Assembly (NCBI GenBank): GCA_028276785.1
Contig: JAPYVP010000006.1
Coordinates: 1 to 26,143 of the forward strand
Reading direction: 5' to 3'
Origin: Candidatus Nanopusillus sp.
GTDB taxonomy: Archaea > Nanobdellota > Nanobdellia > Nanobdellales > Nanobdellaceae
DNA length: 26,143 nucleotides
A program made the position numbers and the translations under genes. This document shows positions 7,728 to 14,826 of the stretch, one piece after another (the first letter of the stretch is position 1; every line of letters starts with the position of its first letter). The notes beneath the pieces are model-generated. The model made no database searches and was not told where the DNA came from. It saw only the letters and a list, made by a program, of their open reading frames with translations.

Positions 7728-8128
7728 TATTCTCTAAATGCCTGTATAATTATTCTTTCTCCAACATCCCAAACTAATACTTTTTGTCCTTCTTGTATTT
7801 TGCCCTTTAAATTTTCATCCAGTACTTTTGCATCGAATGTTTCATATGTATCTAAATCCATTACTGTATATTTATCATCCGATATTTTTGCAATAACCTG
7901 TCCCTTTATTTTATTTATTACAGGAACCTCTATAGGATCCTGTGTTGGCTTTACCAACTCTGTAGTCTTTCCAGATACTATAGATCTAATTAAAATTCTA
8001 GCCTTTGCAGAACCATGCTTTCCTGTCTTTGCAGTTTCCATTTCTAATACTTCCCATACTTCATTATTATACCATATATATGATCCTTTCTTTAAATCAA
8101 TAACTTTCTTAACTTGTATCTCTGGCAT
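7727..8128 (-). CDS. eif5a: Translation initiation factor 5A (aIF5A)
   Basis: 133 aa. The hypusination loop is KTGKHGSAKARI. The size and layout fit an SH3-like N-domain plus an OB C-domain. Confidence 0.92.
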   Translation of the reverse strand: MPEIQVKKVIDLKKGSYIWYNNEVWEVLEMETAKTGKHGSAKARILIRSIVSGKTTELVKPTQDPIEVPVINKIKGQVIAKISDDKYTVMDLDTYETFDAKVLDENLKGKIQEGQKVLVWDVGERIIIQAFRE

Positions 8129-8216
8129 AAAATTATTATTAATTTAAATTACTTATATATGTTACTATTGAACATTTTATTCAAAATACATAAACATAAT
8201 AAAATAAATTATAGTA

Positions 8217-9452
8217 ATGGTGGATTATGAAATATTAGATAATGGAATAAAGTTATATAAAATACCATTTAGAAATGAGAATATTGCAATAGGAATATTA
8301 GTAAATATTGGGTCAATATTTGAAGATAAAGAATTTAGGGGAATTTCTCATTTACTAGAACATATGATGTTTCAATCTAACAAAAAATATAATAAAAATC
8401 TTATACATTTATTATTTGAAGAAAGCGGATCAATTCATAATGCAATAACTTATTATAATTATACTTTATATTTTGCTGCAGTAACAAAAGAAGGATTTGA
8501 AAATATTGTAGATTTATTTTATTGGATGTTTGAAAATGATAAATATGATAATAATGAATTTGAAAATGAGAAAAATGTTGTAAAAACAGAAATAATGATG
8601 AGAGAAGATGACCCAATAGTAAATTTGAATGATAATTTATCAAAATCTGTCTATGGAGATTCTGATTATGGGGATCCCATAGGTGGTTATATCGAAACAA
8701 TAAATAATATAACAAAGGATAAATTAGAAGAATTTAAATATAAATATTATTCTCCTAAAAATATTTCTATATTCTTAGAGGGAAATATAAGTGATAGGGA
8801 TGTTGAAATTGTCAAGAAATATTTTTCTAAGTTAGAAGGGGATAATGTAAAATTAAAAAATCCAAGTAAGGGGAAAGGAAGAGATATAATAATAAAAATG
8901 AAAAATATACAACAAATATATTATAGTATTAATATGAATAGTGACATTAAAAATATAATCCTAATTGATGCATTAACAAAATTTTACAATTTGGGAGCAT
9001 CTTCAAAAATATTTGAAATATTTAGAAATAAACATGGTATAGGATATTCCCCTTCACTTTCTTTATCAAATTTCTATGATGATGAAATAATATATTCGTT
9101 GATAATACCAGGATTTCAAGTTGATAAAGAAAAAATAATAGATAATGCGATTAGAGAATTTTTGGATAATTTAAAAAATATTGATGATAAATATAGAAGG
9201 GCAAGATCGAATATATATAAATTTAATTATAATCTTAGAAAAGAAAATATATTAAAAAGAATAGAAACAGATCCTTATTTGATAAAAATATTGAATATGG
9301 ATTATGATCAATATTTCAATAAAGTACATAGTCTATTATCAAATATAGATAGAGATTTTATTGAAGAGAATGAAAAATATATATATGATCTATTTGAAAA
9401 AGGTAAAAAAGTTATAATTTATCCTGAAGATTATGATAAAAAATATAATTAA
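8217..9452 (+). CDS. M16 (pitrilysin/insulinase) family zinc peptidase
   Basis: 411 aa. It has the inverted zinc motif HLLEH (HxxEH) near the N-terminus and a downstream acidic motif NEKNVVKTEIMMRED. Confidence 0.75.
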   Translation: MVDYEILDNGIKLYKIPFRNENIAIGILVNIGSIFEDKEFRGISHLLEHMMFQSNKKYNKNLIHLLFEESGSIHNAITYYNYTLYFAAVTKEGFENIVDLFYWMFENDKYDNNEFENEKNVVKTEIMMREDDPIVNLNDNLSKSVYGDSDYGDPIGGYIETINNITKDKLEEFKYKYYSPKNISIFLEGNISDRDVEIVKKYFSKLEGDNVKLKNPSKGKGRDIIIKMKNIQQIYYSINMNSDIKNIILIDALTKFYNLGASSKIFEIFRNKHGIGYSPSLSLSNFYDDEIIYSLIIPGFQVDKEKIIDNAIREFLDNLKNIDDKYRRARSNIYKFNYNLRKENILKRIETDPYLIKILNMDYDQYFNKVHSLLSNIDRDFIEENEKYIYDLFEKGKKVIIYPEDYDKKYN

Positions 9453-10086
9453 GGGAATTGAAGAAACTTTAAGAGAAAATAATATAAATGAAAAACTCGC
9501 ATCCCCATATATCTGGGAAAAATATAAAGACCCTTTTAAGGTATTAATAACAATACTATTGTCTATAAGAGTAAGAGAAGAAAGAACATTGGAAGTTTCT
9601 GAAAGATTATTTAATAAATATAATAGACTAGAAGATATCAGAAATGCATCTTTAGAAGATATAAAGGATACAATAAAGGATATAGGATTATATAATAATA
9701 AAGCAAAATGGATTAAAGAAATTGCTGAAAAGTGGGATTATAATAAATGTTGTGATGAAGAATATATTAGATCTCTACCTGGAGTTGGAAGAAAGATTGC
9801 AAATGTATATTTAATAATTGTATGCAATAAAAATTATATTGCAGTAGATACTCATGTTCATAGAATATCAAATAGGATTGGACTTGTAAAAACAAAAAAT
9901 CCCGAAGAAACTGAAATGGAATTATATAAGGTTATACCTGAAGAATATTATAATAAAATTAATTTTTTATTTGTTTTATTCGGAAGAAATATATGCAAAC
10001 CAATTAATCCAAAATGTAATATATGTAAAATAAATAAATATTGTAAATATTATAAAAAATTATTTGGGAGGAACAGATCTCTTTAA
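9433..10086 (+). CDS. nth: Endonuclease III (HhH-GPD DNA glycosylase/AP lyase, FeS)
   Basis: 217 aa. The HhH is LPGVGRKIANVYL, containing the catalytic Lys. AVDTHVHRISNRIG contains the catalytic Asp. The C-terminal CKPINPKCNICKINKYC has the C-x6-C-x2-C-x5-C 4Fe-4S loop spacing. Confidence 0.88.
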   Translation: MIKNIIKGIEETLRENNINEKLASPYIWEKYKDPFKVLITILLSIRVREERTLEVSERLFNKYNRLEDIRNASLEDIKDTIKDIGLYNNKAKWIKEIAEKWDYNKCCDEEYIRSLPGVGRKIANVYLIIVCNKNYIAVDTHVHRISNRIGLVKTKNPEETEMELYKVIPEEYYNKINFLFVLFGRNICKPINPKCNICKINKYCKYYKKLFGRNRSL

Positions 10087-10671
10087 TAATTCTACATGCT
10101 CATCTATAAGTTTTTCTTCCGCATATTTTTCTAATTTTACCATATTATCTATCTTTACTTTATTGAATAAAAATAATTTGTTTTGTAAATCTGCTGTAAA
10201 GGTTCTTATTTCCTTTAATGATTTTAGATATTCTCTTATTTCATCATTCAATATCTCTGATAATTGTTTTGTTGCAATCCAAATTCTTATATGGATTAAT
10301 AATGAATTTTTATATCCAGAATTTTTTAATGCTAATATTGTTTTCTTTGTTATTTCAGATACATAAGATATCTTTTGTTCACCACCATATACAATAAATA
10401 CAGCATCAAAATTATTTTTTACAATATCCTTTGCAATATCATTCAATTTATTTTCATCATACAAATATATTTTTGCTACTTTATCTTTATATCCATCTTT
10501 TGATAATAGTGAAGATACTAAAGAAGATGCTAAAGATGAACATATTCTATCTGGGTATGCTATTATTGCTATATTTTTATATCCATCGAATATTCTCTTT
10601 GTTATAACATATCCTGTTAATCCTCTCAGGTATATTTCATCTTCTAGAGAAGCCAAGCTCATTGTGTCCAT
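10060..10671 (-). CDS. Hypothetical protein (Rossmann-like N-terminal half, helical C-terminal half)
   Basis: 203-aa ORF with the codon and amino-acid usage of its neighbours. I recognise no motif. Its 3' end overlaps the nth 3' end by 27 nt. Confidence 0.5.
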   Translation of the reverse strand: MDTMSLASLEDEIYLRGLTGYVITKRIFDGYKNIAIIAYPDRICSSLASSLVSSLLSKDGYKDKVAKIYLYDENKLNDIAKDIVKNNFDAVFIVYGGEQKISYVSEITKKTILALKNSGYKNSLLIHIRIWIATKQLSEILNDEIREYLKSLKEIRTFTADLQNKLFLFNKVKIDNMVKLEKYAEEKLIDEHVELLKRSVPPK

Positions 10672-10737
10672 AAAATACTATAACAAAGTTATATTTAAAA
10701 ATATAGAACAAAGAAAAATAAAATTATTATAGGGCTT

Positions 10738-10980
10738 TTACATCTTCTTGAATATTTGTTTTGTTGCCAATTGTATATCTTCTCTCTTTACAGTTGTCCT
10801 CTTTCCATGGGTTGCCAAAGATACTGCTCCTTTTGCAATTTCTAATGCTATGTCTTCTAATTCTTGTTTTAGGTATCTAATTGCTTTGTCTGATACTCTT
10901 GTTACTCCTGCTTGCTCACCCTTTTGCTTTAGGATCCTTTCAACTACAGCCATTGGAATTCCTCTTTCTCCTCTTGCCAT
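10738..10980 (-). CDS. Archaeal histone (HMf family histone fold)
   Basis: 80 aa. IPMAVVERIL, RVSDKAIRYLKQELEDIALEIAKGAVSLATHGKRTTVKREDIQLA matches the three-helix histone fold of HMfA/B. It is noticeably less AT-biased than its neighbours. Confidence 0.9.
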   Translation of the reverse strand: MARGERGIPMAVVERILKQKGEQAGVTRVSDKAIRYLKQELEDIALEIAKGAVSLATHGKRTTVKREDIQLATKQIFKKM

Positions 10981-11002
10981 AAAATATATATTATTAAACT
11001 CC

Positions 11003-11010
11003 CTTATAAA
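11003..11010 (-). promoter_or_regulatory. TATA box of the histone gene
   Basis: The minus strand reads TTTATAAG, centred about 26 nt upstream of the ATG at 10980. This spacing implies a leaderless mRNA. Confidence 0.5.
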
Positions 11011-11131
11011 TTTTTCATATTTTGACTAATGAAAACTAGATTTTATCATAGAGATACTTTGAGATTTTAATCACACATATTTTTATTTTACAATATTCCA
11101 TATCCCATTGGTATATATCAAAAAGATGGCA

Positions 11132-11161
11132 TTTACCCAACAAATTTAAAATTGGGGTAAA
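11132..11161 (-). terminator. Hairpin followed by T5, immediately downstream of PCNA
   Basis: TTTACCCAA (11132-11140) pairs with TTGGGGTAAA (11152-11161), giving 9 bp with one bulged G and an 11-nt loop. On the minus strand it is followed by CTTTTT (11121-11126). Confidence 0.4.
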
Positions 11162-11176
11162 TATTTAAAAAATAGA

Positions 11177-11923
11177 TTATTCTCTTGGAGCTAATACAAA
11201 TCCAAATTTAAATTTATCGGTTGACTTATAATCAATCCATATTGGTTTTCCTGAATCAAATTTAAACGTTAATGTATCAGATATTTTTGCTACTTTAGAT
11301 AATTTATATAAATAATCTACAGAATATCTTGCCATTGCCTTCGATGGAACTTCCATGGATAATACACTTTCGTCTTGGGGGGTTAGATCAATTCTCATAT
11401 CCTTTAATTCTCCTTCAGCAATAAATGATACCTTTGGACCATCTGGATTTGCAACAATCTTTATTTCATCTGCAATTACTTTTGCAGATTCTATTATATC
11501 ATAAAAAGCTTTTGAATCCATTTCAACTTTTACAGGTAATTCTAAGCTTGGTAAATCCATAAACGATCCTTCAGATTCTATTAATGGTAATGTAAATGTC
11601 TTTTTAGCTTTTCCATATACGGTTAAAACAAATTTATTTTTTTCTTCATCTATCTCCCATGATATTTGATTTTTTAATGCAACCTTTGTCATTATTTTCT
11701 TTAAATCTTCCAAATTTATTGTAAATTTTTCTTCATCTTGTATATCATATTCTATGAACATATTCGGATACATGTCTAATAATATTACTGCAACATTTGC
11801 TGGATCCAATGATGATAAAAATATGCCATCCTTATTTGCTTTAAACGTTCCTTCCGATAAAAAACTTACTATTGCAGGTAATATATTTTTAATCTCTTTA
11901 GCTTGTGGAAAGGTTACCTTCAT
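11177..11923 (-). CDS. pcn: DNA polymerase sliding clamp PCNA
   Basis: 248 aa, the typical length. N-terminal FKEIINAL-like KEIKNILPAIVSFLSEGTF, then ANKDGI, then LDPANVAVILLDM. The C-terminus is FVLAPRE. Confidence 0.88.
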   Translation of the reverse strand: MKVTFPQAKEIKNILPAIVSFLSEGTFKANKDGIFLSSLDPANVAVILLDMYPNMFIEYDIQDEEKFTINLEDLKKIMTKVALKNQISWEIDEEKNKFVLTVYGKAKKTFTLPLIESEGSFMDLPSLELPVKVEMDSKAFYDIIESAKVIADEIKIVANPDGPKVSFIAEGELKDMRIDLTPQDESVLSMEVPSKAMARYSVDYLYKLSKVAKISDTLTFKFDSGKPIWIDYKSTDKFKFGFVLAPRE

Positions 11924-11969
11924 TCATTATTATTCCAAAAAAATTTTAAATATATATTTAGAGTATACC

Positions 11970-12182
11970 CTAATAAGCCTTACCTTGAGTATATCCAAAT
12001 ATAACCCCTATGAGAAAAATTATGCCCGCCTGAATATAGTACTGTTGAAATAGGGTTATAAAATCGCTAAAACCTCCGGTAAAATTTTGATACTTAAAAT
12101 ATGAATATCCAACCAATAATACTGCTGCTAATATCAATGCAGCCATAAATGCTGTACCACGCGTCATAGTTTGACCTTTCAT
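11970..12182 (-). CDS. Small membrane protein (2 TM), unknown function
   Basis: 70 aa. Hydrophobic segments are AFMAALILAAVLLVGY and AGIIFLIGVIFGY. It starts 4 nt after the helicase stop. Confidence 0.45.
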   Translation of the reverse strand: MKGQTMTRGTAFMAALILAAVLLVGYSYFKYQNFTGGFSDFITLFQQYYIQAGIIFLIGVIFGYTQGKAY

Positions 12183-12186
12183 AAGA

Positions 12187-14787
12187 TCATTTAGATATTT
12201 TAGTATTTAAAAATATTTTATATATAAATCTCCCAGAATATTTATCTAGATATTCATTATAATTACCGCATTTTGGGGAATATATGCATCTTGGGCATCC
12301 GTCAAGACATTTACATTTATTTAAAGATATTATAGACTTTTTAATTAATTTTTCTATATTATTATATAATATTTCTGCTAGACCGACTCCAGATTCATAT
12401 CCTTCATATATAAATATTGTTGGTTTGTTTGTTTGAGGATGAATTGGATATGAATATCCACCAAGTTCTTGAGAATCTACAAATGTTACAACTGGAGATA
12501 TTTTTATTATATTATGTTCTATTGCATGTAATCCAGATCTAAACGAAGATTCATAATCAACAATTTTCTTAACTAAAAATATTAATATATTATCTTTTAT
12601 TCCATAATTTCTTTCTAAAAATTCTCCAATTATTTCCTTTATTTTTTTACTTGCTAATCCTCTATATTTTTCATAAAAGAAGTCTTTACTTATAGTAGAA
12701 GAAAAATTCAATATTTCATCAACATTTATATTATATTTTTTCTTTTCAATATATTTTTTTAATTTATTTAAAAAGAAATTATAATAGATATTTTCTAACT
12801 CCCTTTGATATCTTTCTGGTATTATAATCCATATTGCTTTTGTATTAAATTCATAATTTATACTCTTTTCATAATAATTTATATTTTGTATATAATTTTC
12901 TCCCATTTTATATTTTTCGATATATCCAATAAACTCTTTTTTTACTTTTATTTCTCCCAAATATATTTCCCAATCATTTATTACTTTCTTATCTATTGTA
13001 TTAATTATCTTTACATCTTCATAATATATTGGACTTGTTTCTATATTTGAAAATTCTGGTCTAAAGAATACAAATGTAACATTATCTATATTATAATAAT
13101 CTGTTATTCTAATTGCCTTTCCTGAAGAATAATATACCATTCCTGGTAATAAATAATCATAAAATGCAGGTTCATCCATTTCTTCTAAAATTTTTCCTTT
13201 ACCCTTTAACATATTTATTATCCTTATCAATCCTTCCTTTTTCTTTATTCTTTTTATCATATCTTCTTCTTCCTTTGTTAAATCTACAATATAATATACC
13301 TTATCTGAAATATTTCTTAATCCAGAATATATTACTTGAGTATTTAATTTATAATATTCTTTTCCAAATAACGGATCTCTTATCTTTGATACAATATTTT
13401 CTTTTTCCAATTCTTCTAAATATTTCTTCTCCAAATCATTTAATATACTTTTATCAATTCTTCCAAATTCATTTATCAAATATTTTAGATGTCTCTTAAC
13501 AACTTTTTCATTGTCTAAATTTAAAGGAATATTATCTAACTTATTTTTCTCAATTCTATCTAAAAATTCATTTATATTTGTTGAATAATAAAAGTCCAAT
13601 GCATCCTTTTTAAATATCATTATATCTATTGAATCGGAAATCCTTCCAGATCTTCCAAATCTTTGGATTATTGAAGAAATTCCATCTCTAGGTATTCCAT
13701 AATTTACTACAGATCTTATTTCACCAATATCTATTCCAAGTTCTAATGCAGATGTAGTTAATAATATTAAATATTCTCCAGATTTGAATTTTTGTTCAAT
13801 TTCTTTCCTTTTTTCCCTTAAATAACTTGCCTTATATGTATAGATTTTATTGTACTTATCTAAATCTTGTGATTCTAATCTCAATAATTCAACTCCTTTT
13901 TTTGATTCAATAAATATTAAAGACTTTATATTATTTTCTAATAAAATTCTTATTGACCTTTTTAACAACAATCTCGAACTTGAACTTTTTGGGTCTAAAC
14001 AAATTATATATTTTCTATATTTATTACTATAATCTTTATCAATTAATTCAAAATCTAGATCAAACATATTTTTTGCAAATTCTACAGGATTTCTTAATGT
14101 TGCGGACAATGTTAATATTTTAAAATTATTATTTTTGTAGAAATATTTTAACAATCTGATTAATCTTCTAAATGTGTATGCAGCATTTGTTCCAAATACC
14201 CCTCTATATGAATGCAATTCATCTACAACAATTAAATCTAAATTTCTAAAGAAATAAAATAATTTATCATGATTTTTTAATATATATAAATGTAAATTAT
14301 CAATTGTGGTTAAAATTACGTTTGGCCTTTCCCTTATTATTTTTTCCTTTTCACTATATGTTAAATCTCCCAAAATAAATTTCATCTTAATATTTAATTT
14401 TTTATTTGTATGATTTTCAAAATCTTTTATCAACTCTTCAAATTTTTCATATTGATCGTATAATAATGCTCTTAATGGATAAATTAATAAAAATGTCTTG
14501 TTTGGATATTTTAATATATTATCAATAATATATAATCTAAATATATGGGATTTTCCCGAGGCTGTTGGTGTTGTTACAATTAGATTTTTATTTTTATATA
14601 ATAAATTTAATGCTTCAGCCTGGTGTTTATATAACTTAAAATTTCTAGAATTTAAATACTCATTTAATTCTTTATTATAAAATTCAAAATTATCGAATTC
14701 AGCATTTTTATTATTAATTAATTTAATTCCAACTATATAATCTTTAAACTCTTTTTCAAAAATATTTTTTAAATCATCAATATTCAT
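12187..14787 (-). CDS. DEAD/DEAH-box SF2 helicase with C-terminal DUF1998 (MZB) zinc domain, Hrq1/MrfA/YprA type
   Basis: 866 aa. Motif I is TPTASGKSH, motif II is VVDELHSY, motif III is LSATL, and motif VI is QRFGRSGR. The C-terminal CKCLDGCPRCIYSPKCGNYNEYLDK is the DUF1998 Cys cluster. Confidence 0.8.
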   Translation of the reverse strand: MNIDDLKNIFEKEFKDYIVGIKLINNKNAEFDNFEFYNKELNEYLNSRNFKLYKHQAEALNLLYKNKNLIVTTPTASGKSHIFRLYIIDNILKYPNKTFLLIYPLRALLYDQYEKFEELIKDFENHTNKKLNIKMKFILGDLTYSEKEKIIRERPNVILTTIDNLHLYILKNHDKLFYFFRNLDLIVVDELHSYRGVFGTNAAYTFRRLIRLLKYFYKNNNFKILTLSATLRNPVEFAKNMFDLDFELIDKDYSNKYRKYIICLDPKSSSSRLLLKRSIRILLENNIKSLIFIESKKGVELLRLESQDLDKYNKIYTYKASYLREKRKEIEQKFKSGEYLILLTTSALELGIDIGEIRSVVNYGIPRDGISSIIQRFGRSGRISDSIDIMIFKKDALDFYYSTNINEFLDRIEKNKLDNIPLNLDNEKVVKRHLKYLINEFGRIDKSILNDLEKKYLEELEKENIVSKIRDPLFGKEYYKLNTQVIYSGLRNISDKVYYIVDLTKEEEDMIKRIKKKEGLIRIINMLKGKGKILEEMDEPAFYDYLLPGMVYYSSGKAIRITDYYNIDNVTFVFFRPEFSNIETSPIYYEDVKIINTIDKKVINDWEIYLGEIKVKKEFIGYIEKYKMGENYIQNINYYEKSINYEFNTKAIWIIIPERYQRELENIYYNFFLNKLKKYIEKKKYNINVDEILNFSSTISKDFFYEKYRGLASKKIKEIIGEFLERNYGIKDNILIFLVKKIVDYESSFRSGLHAIEHNIIKISPVVTFVDSQELGGYSYPIHPQTNKPTIFIYEGYESGVGLAEILYNNIEKLIKKSIISLNKCKCLDGCPRCIYSPKCGNYNEYLDKYSGRFIYKIFLNTKISK

Positions 14788-14826
14788 ATTTGATATATAA
14801 AATTAAACATTTTTATATTAAATATA
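14788..14826. promoter_or_regulatory. 39-nt bidirectional promoter (helicase / ligase) with two opposed TATA boxes
   Basis: TATATAAAA on the plus strand (14794-14802) is centred about 29 nt before the ligase ATG. ATATAAAAA on the minus strand (14818-14810) is centred about 27 nt before the helicase ATG. Confidence 0.5.

Noticed and set aside
13113-13499. Long antisense ORFs inside real genes. Examples: 13113-13499, 15855-16226, 7800-8147, 25416-25757, 8401-8715, 10064-10366, 10748-11029, 11754-12053 and 20711-21004.
   Set aside because: All are L/F/I/Y-rich low-complexity translations lying opposite well-supported K/N/E-rich genes. Complementing AAA/AAT/GAA-rich codons rarely makes stops, so shadow ORFs are expected. 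None carries a recognisable motif.
12187-14787. Helicase + DUF1998 as a DISARM-like (DrmA/DrmB) defence module
   Set aside because: It is a single fused gene with no methyltransferase, PLD nuclease or other defence partners. It is flanked by PCNA and ligase. The architecture matches the housekeeping Hrq1/MrfA/YprA repair helicases.
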